From Macrostomum lignano (lineage: Eukaryota), in NCBI GenBank assembly GCA_002269645.1, contig NIVC01002811.1, positions 170,578 through 234,577 on the forward strand: 64,000 bases of DNA. The letters run 5' to 3'. How positions within the stretch are numbered: the stretch's first letter is position 1; each line of letters starts with the position of its first letter. The notes beneath the pieces are model-generated. The model had not been told where the DNA came from. It saw only the letters and a program-made list of their open reading frames with translations, and searched no databases. A program made the translations under genes and the position numbers. Positions 1 through 16,925 of this stretch are shown one piece after another.

Positions 1-247
1 TTTTTTAAAGCTCCATCCCAATAATATCCCTAACATTAGTTCGCTAGAAATCTGAGCATATATCATAGATCGAGGAGCTAAGTCTGCATACGCTGGGCTA
101 AGCCAAGGCAAGAAAAACCAAGGACAGGCAATGAGTCACGAAGGAACACAAGAATACAGCCAAATCGCTAATGATCATTTATAATTAGTCCGCACTAATT
201 AGTACTTTAGTGCCGAATATGAGGAGCAAATGCTAGCATCCTCATGA

Positions 248-5558
<5,311 letters not shown>

Positions 5559-7421
5559 ATCTGTAGTTTTCAATTGACCGAAATCTCATATTGGAATCGA
5601 ATCTGAGCTGTAATTGTGAAGTTTTATTGCTTTATAAATCATACTTGCTTTCTTATATTGATTGGGCAGTACTGTAATGGTTTTATTAATAAGAATTGAA
5701 CCTTATAGTTTTTAAGCATTTCTGTTTTGGTGGTTGTGGATGTGATATTGAAAACTTATTCGATATGCACATGTACAAATCACAAATGTTCTAGAATGAC
5801 ATAAAGAACTTTCTGTCATTTACAGCTCACGCATTTTAGCTTTAGAACTAACTTCGTAGTAGGCTGGTATTTTCTACTTTTGAATTATTGTACTGAAAGT
5901 AGCGCGGAAGGAAAAGTCGATAATATCATTTTTCCTTCGTTCCTTCGTCGTCTGTTTTAATTCATTCATTTTGGCTAGCTGTTATATTCTGCACAAACGA
6001 CGCATTTGTGATGAATCAATAATAATGTCGTGCGAGTGTTTTACTATATTAATCGATCAATACCTACGCGGCATCAAATATAGAGATAAGGAAATGCAAT
6101 TCAGGCGTTTTTGTAAGGCACCAATTTATACCGCGCTTGGAAAATTGCGATCGTCTTCATGTGTTTTCTGTCGCACAGAGTCATATTTGTGAAAAAATTT
6201 TTATTAGGGATTTTGATCGATACAATTTATGTATGCGTAATCAAAATCATGAAGATGAAAGATTTCGGTCAAGAAACAGATTCAATAATTTTTTCTACAG
6301 GAGTATATTGCCATTGGGGTCAGGGACTTACGGGAAGCTGCTTTACATTTTGCCTAGAGACAGTGATTAAGGGCTGAAGTGTATGTCACATCTCAAATAC
6401 TGGCTACCAAAGTAATTATTTTTACAATTAAAGCCTAAATGATTAATAAACCCTATGTTATATATACCCAATTTGTTCGTGTCTATCTGGATATCGACGC
6501 GTTAACTCTATTTCGGTGCATAGAGTTCACGAGTCGTAAATCGTTTAATTCTGTTATAATTTTCGTACTCAGACGATTTCAAAGAGAATATTTTCAATGA
6601 AACGGATCATGGTCTTGTCAAGCAAAATTTTTGCAACAGTCAACAGTGTATATAACATCTTAAAATTCTCTTTTTAAATACAAAACCCTTTAAAATGCTA
6701 AGAAATTGAAAGAAGCGCCTTGGAACAGTCGGAAAAATATTTTCCATAACTATAATAAAAACTTTTCAATTCATCATTTTGTGTTCAAACTTAATGCTTT
6801 CCAATTTGGCTTTTAGCTTTGCTTTGAAATTTTTAGGCCTATAGCCAACTACTAGCCTCTGTAAAAAATTCTCCTTATTGTATACAATTACAGGCTATAG
6901 GTTTGCTATTGAATAAATAATTGAAGCTAAGAATTTATAATATAAAATTTAATTACTGAAATGTTGAGATATCTATTTTTGTTTGTTCTTAGATCCATCT
7001 TCTATAAATTTAGATGATAAGATGATAAATCTATAGTGTTTAAGTCTCTAATGTTCATTAATAATAAAAGCTTAAATGAGAGATGAATGAACTGATAGGC
7101 TCCTATTTAATTAAAATAAGTCAAAATACTAATTTGTAATTAAATTTATTTTCATACTTTGACTAAGCTTTGCCTTACCTACAGTGTCTCTAATATTAAG
7201 TTTCTAATATAAAATTATAATAATGTTTCCAATATAAAAGTTTATCTCAAAGTTATGTTGTACAAACAATGAGAATTTCTGTACCAAATAGCATATTTTT
7301 CTGATGAGCAATGTATTATAGTATAAAAGATGAACTGGTACCTGCCTAATAACAAAGATCCAATAATAGGTAAACTAACTCTGCCATTGCTCTTCTACAT
7401 CTGAAATTGGCTCAACTGCAG

Positions 7422-8930
7422 GCTCCATCTCTGCGCCTCTCCGCCAACCTCAGCTGGTTGTTCGCCGACCGGCCTGGCATTGTTGAGCGGCTGGGCCGCG
7501 CGGCGGCTCGCGGCTTTCGCTACGTGGAGGCGATGGACGCCGGCGGCGAGACCCCGGCCAGCCTAGCGGATGCCTGCCGGCGCGCTGGAGGACTTCAGTT
7601 CGCCCTTATCAATGCGCCGCCCTGCCGGCTGCCCAGCGGCGATCTTGGCTTAACGGCCCTTCCAGATAGGTGAAATGGAGTGGCAATTCTTAGCCTACCC
7701 CAACCCATCCTCCAATGTGCACACGCTCTCAGTCTGCCCCTAATAACTCCACCCATCCCCCAATGTACATACGCTCTCAGTCTGCCCCTAATAACTCCAC
7801 CCATCCCCCAATGTACATACGCTCTCAGTCTGCCCCTAATAACTCCACCCGTCTCCCAATGTACACACGCTCTCAGTCTGCCCCTAAGAATCCCACCCAT
7901 CCTCCAATGTACATACGCTCTCAGTCTGCCCCTAAGAATCCCACCCATCCCCCAATGTACATACGCTCTCAGTCTGCCCCTAAGAATCCCACCCATCCCC
8001 CAATGTACACACGCTCTCAGTCTGCCCCTAATAACTCCACCCATCCCCAAATGTACATACGCTCTCAGTCTGTCCCTAAGAATCCCACCCATCCCCCAAT
8101 GTACACACGCTCTCAGTCTGCCCCTAATAACTCCACCCATCCCCCAATGTACACACGCTCTCATTCTGCCCCTAAGAAGCCCACCCATCCCCCAATGTAC
8201 ACACGCTCTCAGTCTGCCCCTAATAACTCCACCCATCCCCCAATGTACATACGCTCTCAGTCTGCCCCTAATAACTCCACCCATCCCCCAATGTGCACAC
8301 GGCTACCAGCCTGCCACTACCAACCATAATATCTTAAATCAAAAGTTCGAAATGTACTATTGTAACCAAAATTCGAACTTTCCTTCCGGCAGACGCGAAG
8401 AATTCCGCGCTGGCCTGTCCGCCGCGGCCGACCTGTGCTCGGCTCTGTCCTGTCCGACACTTCACGTCATGTCCGGCCGCACGACCGTCCGGAGTCCGGA
8501 GGTCCGCGCCGCCTACGTAGACGGTCTGCGTGAAGCTGTCCAAATTTTTGCGCCTCTCGGCGTCACCTGCGTTATCGAGCCAATTAGCAACATAGCCGAT
8601 TATTACCTGAACTCGTACACCGATGCGGTGGCCATCATTAACGACGTGCCGGGCCTTCGCCTACTGCTGGACCTGTTCCACCTGCAGATGCTGGAGGGCT
8701 CGCTTGACTCGCTGCCAGCCTACCTGCCTCTGGCCGGTCACGTGCAAATCGCGCAGGCACCTGGTCGCCAAGAACCCGGAGCACCGGGCGATATCGACTA
8801 TGGCGCGGTGTTGCGTCAGATTGGTGAGGCCGGCTACTCGGGCTGCGTCGGACTGGAGTACCGACCGAGCGACGGTGCCGAGGCCGGCATCGACTGGCTG
8901 ATTGAGATGGGCTACCTGCAGCCTCATTAA
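7422..8930 (+). CDS. HYI: Hydroxypyruvate isomerase-like protein; exons 7422-7669 and 8393-8930; no genomic in-frame ATG (see findings)
   Basis: APSLRLSANLSWLF matches the HYI N-terminus. Downstream motifs are LINAPP, LHVMSGR, VIEPI, LDLFHLQ, HVQIAQAPGRQEPG and VGLEYRP. The intron 7670-8392 is GT/AG and phase 2 joins correctly. Confidence 0.92.
7700..8300. repeat. 57-bp minisatellite, HYI intron
   Basis: Tandem units; 19-aa periodicity in the ORF track. Confidence 0.95.
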
Positions 8931-9021
8931 TCGCCACCCGCTGCGGCCTCTTCAAAGTTTTCCAATTTTCAATAATTATGCCACCGATATGCTTTCGGAT
9001 AAGGAATTCTAATGTACTACA

Positions 9022-9442
9022 AAGCGGCACCTGGACTGGAAACAGGATTTTTAACTCGGGTAGCACCTGGACTGGAATCAGGATTTTCAACTTGGGTAGC
9101 ACCTGGACTGGAATCAGGATTTTTAACTTGGGTAGCACCTGGACTGGAAACAGGATTTTCAACTTGGGTAGCACCTGGACTGGAATCAGGATTTTTAACT
9201 TGGGTAGCACCTGGACTGGAAACAGGATTTTCAACTTGGGTAGCACCTGGACTGGAATCAGGATTTTTAACTTGGGTAGCACCTGGACTGGAAACAGGAT
9301 TTTTAACTTGGGTAGCACCTGGACTGGAAACAGGATTTTTAACTTGGGTAGCACCTGGACTGGAAAGAGGATTTTCAACTTAGGTAGCACCTGGACTGGA
9401 AAGAGGATTTTCAACTTGGGTAGCACCTGGACTGGAAACAGA
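9022..9442. repeat. 36-bp minisatellite downstream of the HYI stop
   Basis: Unit tagcacctggactggaatcaggattttcaacttggg. Confidence 0.95.
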
Positions 9443-9617
9443 AATTTTAGCATTTCTAAATAACTTTCTGATTGCAATTTTGATTATCCAAACATAAAAT
9501 TATTTTCAAAGCGCATCTAACTAATTCCTTTGTGGTCCAAACAATTCTATGCTGTTTGCATTCTTCATTCACCGCGAACTGTGCTGCTCCCATTGAGACC
9601 AAACTGGCCAACCTCAA

Positions 9618-9730
9618 GACGCCGCTGTACACCCTGTGAGAGCGTGTGCATGAGTGTGTGCCTGAGTACAGTATTGGCACTCTTGTATGTGCTCAGGACT
9701 CAGTGGAATGGGCTGAATCGCCTCAGCGCT
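9618..9730 (+). repeat. Interspersed ~110-bp repeat, copy 1 of 3
   Basis: gctgtacaccctgtgagagcg...cagtattggc...atgtgctcagga...gaatgggc is shared with 10835-10950 (-) and 57541-57657 (+). Confidence 0.75.
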
Positions 9731-10834
9731 GGCTGTGGGACCATCTCGCCGAAGGGTGCCCGCAGCTCTCCTGCAAATATTTGTCGATAAAGACATTTTG
9801 AGGTATACTGTTTATTCTGTTAAACTCTTTAAATAAATTTTGAATTGCTACTGAAAGTAGTATCGCATTGCAGAGAAGTATACCACGTGTTTCTATTTAT
9901 AGTTCAGAATGTGCATGCCTTTCATAATGAAGCACATACAACCTCATATGGACCGTGTGGAAGTGACTCGTTATTTGACAGTTTTTTCAGCAATAACTGG
10001 GTCAGTTTTCTTATTTGCTCAAGTTCTGGATTAGAAAACATTCAATATATTCAGTCTCAGAGGATGATTTACCAGTTTTTAATAGACACTAGTGCATGTG
10101 GCCTAGTTTGTTGTGGTCACCCATCGTAATATTTTGATAAGTCTCTTTATGAGGCCTATGAAGGCTTCAAAAGGTATCAAGTATTCAAGTAATTTATGGA
10201 TTTGATCGCATTGATCCAACTAGCTAATATTAGGCGCTAAAAATCGAGTTTAAATAGGCCTTTAAAACTTTTTTTCCCCAAAGTCTGAATTCCTCTTGAC
10301 GCCAGACTTGTTTGTCCTTTTCTGAACTTACTCGGCCTCACTCTATTCCCAATTTGGAGAATTGCAGCCTTCAGAGCCCTGCCAGAGTCTGTCTCGATAA
10401 TGCTACAGCCGCTTCCACTCATTCTGCTTAACGAGAAGTGGCGGCAGCTAGAGCCGCACTGGCTGAACCCTCCCCTCTCCCTCCTATCAGGTTTTATCTT
10501 TCATGGCACTTGGCCTGTCTGCAAGCGCCTCTTTGTGCGATGAGGGCGGCCAGTGAGCCTCTGTGTGACGAATCTCTGGTCTGCCATTTCAGTCAGAAGG
10601 AGATCTGAAGTCTGGAGTCTGGCATTGCAGTTTTAGAGACATCCAAAGCATAGCTAAGGTTATGAACAACTTTGTGAAGAACGTTTAACAATAATATTAG
10701 AGCGGTTATCAATGCAAATTTGAAACGCTTTACCTTAATACTTGAGCTCAAGCTTTGTCAATAGCTTCCGTTTTGAGTAAAAAACAATCAAATTAGATTT
10801 TTGGACTCTAAATAATAATTTCAGTAGGCTTGTG

Positions 10835-10950
10835 GGCGGCGCCAGTTCTGCCCATTCTGCTGGCTCCTGAGCACATGCAAGAGCGCCAATACTGTACTCA
10901 GGCGCGCACTCATACACCGCTCACACAAGGTGTACACATCGGCCTTGACT
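10835..10950 (-). repeat. Interspersed ~110-bp repeat, copy 2 of 3
   Basis: The reverse complement matches 57541-57657 and 9618-9730. Confidence 0.75.
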
Positions 10951-11071
10951 GTCTAATCGTCAGGAATGCACACGCCAATCCAGGATTTTGTTGAAGATAA
11001 CCTTGATCCACGTACCCAACCTCGGTTCCGCCTCAGACTGCCGCAGCCGCTCTTCTCCTTCGATCGCCAAT

Positions 11072-11726
11072 CAAGGACGACTTAAGTAGAAGGACGGGAA
11101 ACCTCGTTTCTTAGAAAGTTTTTGAAGGCACTTTTTCCCGAAAAAAATACACTGCGGAGATAGGAAATTTTCATTTTTTCAGCACAAAAATTGCTATAAC
11201 TTTTGATAGGAGGCAGATCCAGTGTTGATCTTTTGATATGTTGTGCCTTTTTTATTGCTCTATCGATATTTATAAAGCTTTCCGTTCAGAAAATTAGGAT
11301 TCTATGTTAATTTTTTATTCTACGTATATTTTCATGTGTCTTGTGCTTGAAATACATTAGAATGCCACGGCTTGGCTCTTTGATTTTATGAGTCTACGAG
11401 TATTTTGTCATTCTTACCTGACTGTATAGCAAATAGTCGTAACATAGATGATAAAATAGATTCATAAAACCAAATATTAGAGCTGTGTCATGCATTTTTG
11501 TGATTTTTCTGAACGGAAAGCTTTATAAATATCGATAGAGCAATAAAAAAGGCACAACATATCAAAAGATGAACACTGGATCTGCCTCCTATCAAAAGTT
11601 ATAGCAATTTTTGTGCTGAAAAAATGAAAATTTCCTATCTCCGCAGTGTATTTTTTTCGGGAAAAAGTGCCTTCAAAAATTTTCTAAGAAACGAGGTTTC
11701 CCGTCCTTCTACTTAAGTCATCCTTG
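11072..11726. mobile_element. Intact non-autonomous DNA transposon (MITE family A), about 225-bp TIRs, 8-bp TSD TCGCCAAT, P-superfamily-like
   Basis: The ends caaggacgac and gtcatccttg are near-perfect inverted repeats. TCGCCAAT occurs at 11064-11071 and 11727-11734. There is no ORF inside. Confidence 0.92.
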
Positions 11727-12839
11727 TCGCCAATTCTCTTCCTGCATATCCTCTGCTCAGTTTCCCATCGGACTCTATCAGAGCTGCAGCTCTATTGAGC
11801 AGACTCTGTTGATTCAACAAGTGATTCAGGTCAGCTGTCAATAGAACTCAATCAATGGGATTGCATCGATTTCTATGCTTTTTTAATTACTTTTTTCTTC
11901 ACTGTACGCGAACTTCATGATCGAGAGTGCAGGTTGGCCGCTATGAACAATATAAAGACACTTTAGTCAATTTTCTTAGAAATGAACAGGAGAGCAATCA
12001 GATTTTTATCGCGCATTTCTAAGGAAGCTCATTTCTAAGAAAATCGAGCGTATCGTCTTCTGCTACAGTTAGCAGCCTATTAAACTGTACACTAACCGGG
12101 ACCAAATCTGCTTAACTTGAAACTGGTCCACTCGGTTATACATGTAGTTATATTTATAGCGATTTCCGGCCGGACAACTTGAACAGTTTCGGAACTGTGA
12201 ACTCTTAGACTAATCATCACATGCCCGGGCCCGTACCCGACATCTTGAGCAGTTCTCCAAGAAAATTTCCTCTGTACCAACTTGAGCAAGCGGCGGCGTA
12301 GCTGCTCAAAGGACTGCCCGAGCTGCCCGAGCAACTGGCAGAGCTGAGAACCCCGGGGTTTTAAGGGTTTCGATCGCGGGGTCTCTATATAAGCGCATCC
12401 CCTGTCGGTCTCTTCGCAACCAGCCCCAACCTTCATTCGGCTCAACAGGAGGATCCGCCTCTCCCCTCAACTCCCCGGAGACCGCCACTCCTGCATGCGT
12501 CCTCGAGGCCGACAGACTGTGGAACGGAAGGCTTGCTGGAAATCTTCTTATTTATAAAATCCTGTCAATCATGGCTTGATTCAAAACTGGCCCGCTGCAT
12601 GGGTGCTCTCGGCCGATGAGGTTAAACTGAAATCCCAGATTTTGACTTATCTAAATTTATGTCACGAATTTAAATGCTTCATTGCTTATGGAGGATCTGA
12701 TCATCGGTCATGAAGAATCTGGTCATAGAGGATCTTGGTATGGAGGGTCTACACGGTCATATATGATTTTTATCACTCATGGAGAACCTGATCATGGAGG
12801 ATCAGGTCATAAAAGACTTGGTCATCGAGGAGCATCTGG

Positions 12840-13385
12840 TCATAAAGATCTGGTTATAGAGGATCTGGTCATGGAGGATCTGGTCATGGAGGATCTGGTC
12901 ATAAAGATCTGGTTATAGAGGATCTGGTCATGGAGGATCTGGTCTGGTCGTCAATCGTGGAGAATCTGGACCTAGATCATGGAGGATCTGGTCATGGAGG
13001 ATCTGGTCATCGATCATGGAGGATCTGGTCATCGATCATGGAGGATCTGGTCATCGATCATGGAGGATCTGGTCATCGATCATGGAGGATCTGGTCATCG
13101 ATCATGGAGGATCTGGTCATCGATCATGGAGGATCTGGTCATCGATCATGGAGGATCTGGTCATCGATCATGGAGGATCTGGCCATCGATCATGGAGGAT
13201 CTGGCCATCGATCATGGAGGATCTAGTCATCGATCATGGAGGATCTGGTCATCGATCATGGAGGATCTGGTAATCGATCATGGAGGATCTGGTCATCGAT
13301 CATGGAGGATCTGGTCATCGATCATGGAGGATCTGGTCATCGATCATGGAGGATCTGGTCATCGATCATGGAGGATCTGCTCATG
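12840..13385. repeat. 22-bp minisatellite (gatcatggaggatctggtcatc)
   Basis: Direct tandem units. Confidence 0.95.
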
Positions 13386-14174
13386 GAAGATCGGGTCATA
13401 AAATATCAGATAAAAAAGGACGTCATCAGTCATCAAGGATCTTATCTTAAGGATCTCAAGGAGCTTGCTAATGTACTTTTCTCACTTATAAGCATGAAAT
13501 TTTCTCTACTTCATCAGTCACTTATCTCAGCTCATAAAACAAAGTGAACCACCAGTAAATGCAGATGCGAAATGCGAAAATCATGATAAATGATTGGAAG
13601 AAATCTTTAAAAATATATGGAACTCTGGAGCAGAATCTGGGAGCTTCTTTTCTTTCCCAGATATCAAATTAGGTTTCAACCTCGTAAGACATGGTTATCC
13701 GTCTTGTTTGTGGGGAACATGCAGTTTAATTTGTTTGAAAAGTGCAGCACCGTTATTCATCCCTGTTTGCTACATGTTCTGCCTAATGCGCCTGCGGACA
13801 TTTCCGATCTGGCCTGCCACTTATCTGTCAGCGGGACCCTGTCCCAGAATCGATTGTCTGTCTAGCAGCTGTCTGGCGCTGTTGCTAGCCAATAGTAATG
13901 GCGCAAAATAGTGTTCTTTTCTCTCTATCGAATTTCAATCAATATTGGAAGGGTAGGAAAGTTGCGAAAAATTTCTAACTAGTAAAAAAACTGAACTAAT
14001 TTTCTGGTGTCTCTGACTCTCCTCTGTAGCTAATTAGACTGAGCCAAATAGCTCTTGGGTCCTGAATATTTTTGATTCTGAGAGAGAGAGAGAGAAAATA
14101 TAGATAATGTACAATCTGAGTTCATGAAGAATGTACATGTAGTTAACAGATAGAACTGGAACGAGAGGCGGGTT

Positions 14175-14760
14175 TCTTGAGGGGCAGGGAGTGAGGTGGG
14201 TGTCTTGAGGGGTAGAGAGTGAGGTGGGTGTCTTGAGGGGTAGAGAGTGAGGTGGATGTCTTGAGGGGTAGAGAGTGAGGTGGATGTCTTGAGGGGCAGC
14301 TGTGAGGTGGGTGTCTTGAGGGGTAGAGAGTGAGATGGATGTCTTGAGGGGTAGAGAGTGAGGTGGATGTCTTGAGGGGTAGAGAGTGAGGTGGATGTCT
14401 TGAGGGGTAGGGAGTGAGGTGGATGTCTTGAGGGGTAGAGAGTGAGGTGGATGTCTTGAGGGGTAGAGAGTGAGGTGGATGTCTTGAGGGGTAGAGAGTA
14501 TGGTGGATGTCTTGAGGGGTAGAGAGTGAGGTGGATGTCTTGAGGGGCAGCTGTGAGGTGGGTGTCTTGAGGGGTAGAGAGTGAGGTGGATGTCTTGAGG
14601 GGTAGAGAGTGAGGTGGATGTCTTGAGGGGTAGCTGGTGAGGTGGGTGTCTTGAGGGGCAGGGGTGGGGTGGGTATCTTGAGGGGATGGGTGTCGAGAAG
14701 GGCAGGGAGTGGGGTGGGTGTCTTGATGGGTTGGATTTAGGTGGGCATCTTGAGGGGAAA
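14175..14760. repeat. 28-bp minisatellite (gagtgaggtggatgtcttgaggggtaga)
   Basis: Direct tandem units. Confidence 0.93.
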
Positions 14761-15664
14761 TGGGTGAGGTAGGCGTCCTTAATCTCAAGGATTTTCTTAT
14801 TGTCTTATTTTCTTTCCTTTTTGTCAGAAATTCACGCAGTTACGGTTCTACTTGTGCTCTCTGTATATTTTTTCATTTTTCGGCTTCGCATCTGCAAACC
14901 ACAGCACCGATTTTTGGCCTTCCCAAATGGCCTAATTTCAGTCTTTTTCTTGGCCAATGCGCCAGCATGAGGATTAGGCAATTATTTTCCAACACTTCTG
15001 AAATTCGAGTGCAAGGTCTAAAACTCCAGCTTTCTGTTATTTTTTTTACTAGAAAACTGCAGTATCAGCTGCGCTGCAATGAATCGCGGAAGATGAGGAA
15101 GATATCGCTGTTTAGTAATTGTCTTTTGCTCTGTACCGTGCACGAACGACATTTTGGCATTCTTCTGTGGAGGTCAATCCACGGTTGCCGGTGCTGTAGC
15201 ACACGTGTAGTGGCGGCTATGGCGGTCTTACCAGCTTAACACCGTTCCTTGCCCAGGGCTGAGAGTGCTGCAGGGATTTGGAGAGCGGGGGAGCTAATCA
15301 AGCCTGGGGATCTGTCGACAAGCGATCCTCCTAATTCCCATTTGCCGAGCTGTTCACGACTGGCCGGGCTTGAGTGGCCGCGCGAACTGAATTAGCTGCC
15401 ACTTGCAACTTGGCCAGTAACTGGTCCCTTTATTGCCTCACACTTGCTTGTTGTGGTAGTAGAGTGCGGCTTTACTATAGTGCACATGGACTACACCGAC
15501 ACAGAATTTCGATGGTTCATTGATAAAATTGGCTTAAATTATGCTGTACAACATTATATTATTGCTCTATTTTATAATACCGTAGCTGGAAGTGTATTTT
15601 TTAGTATTATGGTGAGGCAGGTTACGAAAGGAATAGGGAGCGAGTTGGGGGTCGATAGGAACAG

Positions 15665-16180
15665 GAAGTGAGGTGGGTGTCAAGAGAGACAGGGAGTGAG
15701 GTGGGTGTCAAGAGAGACATGGAGTGAGTTGGGTGTCAAGACAGACAGGGAGTGAGGTGGGTGTCGATAGGGACAGGGAGTGAGGTGGGTGTCAAGAGAG
15801 ACATGGAGTGAGTTGGGTGTCAAGACAGACAGGGAGTGAGATGGGTGTCGATAGGGACAGGGAGTGAGGTGGGTGTCAAGAGAGACATGGAGTGAGGTGG
15901 GTGTCAAGACAGACAGGGAGTGAGGTGGGTGTCAAGAGAGACATAGAGTGAGGTGGGTGTCGATAGGGACAGGGAGTGAGGTAGGTGTCGATAGGGACAG
16001 GGAGTGAGGTGGGTGTCAAGAGAGACATGGAGTGAGTTGGGTGTCGATAGGGACAGGGAGTGAGGTGGGTGTCGATAGGGACAGGGAGTGAGGTGAGTGT
16101 CAAGAGAGACATAGAGTGAGGTGGGTGTCGAGAGGGACAGGGAGTGAGGTGGGCGTCGAGAGGGACAGGAAATGAGGTGG
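15665..16180. repeat. 28-bp minisatellite (gagtgaggtgggtgtcaagagagacagg)
   Basis: Direct tandem units. Confidence 0.93.
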
Positions 16181-16624
16181 GCTTACATTTTTTCTTGACT
16201 TTCAATCGACAATCGCAAATTTTTGCAACGGGAGCAACAATAGTTTAGTTGCATTTGTTTTATTTTTTATTGATTGCAGCGCCGTGACAGACGTCATGGC
16301 ATTTTTTACCAAGTCAAAGCTAAATGAAAGATAAAAAGGTCAATTTCATCAGCCGCGAAGACAGTAGGAAGTGTCGAGGAGAGTGATTAGAATCATTCAG
16401 CAGATTTTAATCTCTTTACCAATACCCGAAGGAGTTCAACTCAGTACAAGAACGGCACAATCAGCTTAGTACAGTAAAACTTTAAAATTTGACTAATTAT
16501 TGATTGTCTTTGATAGTTTGTGGAGTAAGTAGAGTGCGTCCGAGGTGTGTTTCTACCGTTTCTAGGAACATTAAAGTACCATCAATGGCAACCAGGACAA
16601 GATCCTAGGTTGCATGCTCCCATG

Positions 16625-16820
16625 TGGTAACAAGCTACCAGGTAACAAGCTACCAGGTAACAAGCTACCAGGTAACAAGCTACCAGGTAACAAGCTACCA
16701 GGTAACAAGCTACCAGGTAACGAGCTACCAGGTAACAAGCTACCGGATAACAAGCAACAGGGTAACAAGCTACCAGGTAACAAGCTACCGGATAACAAGC
16801 AACAGGGTAACAAGCTACCA
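16625..16820. repeat. 15-bp minisatellite (caagctaccaggtaa)
   Basis: Direct tandem units. Confidence 0.95.
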
Positions 16821-16925
16821 GTTCTAGGTTTCAGTCGGATATTAGAAGTTAAAGTCCCTCCCAGTCCCTCAGCTGCACAATATCGCATCAGACAATGAAA
16901 AATTTTCGCAAGGCAAAAATTCGAA

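Noticed and set aside
7680-8392. Repeat-containing N-terminal extension of HYI (416-aa ORF)
   Set aside because: This is the intron. Retention would hit TGA immediately after the donor (7671-7673).
7422-8930. HYI as a recent bacterial horizontal transfer or contaminant
   Set aside because: It has a spliceosomal intron and host-like repeats, and HYI homologues are normal in animals.
12605-12650. Hammerhead-ribozyme-like ccgatgag...gaaa
   Set aside because: The core deviates from CUGANGA and I could not build stems I-III.
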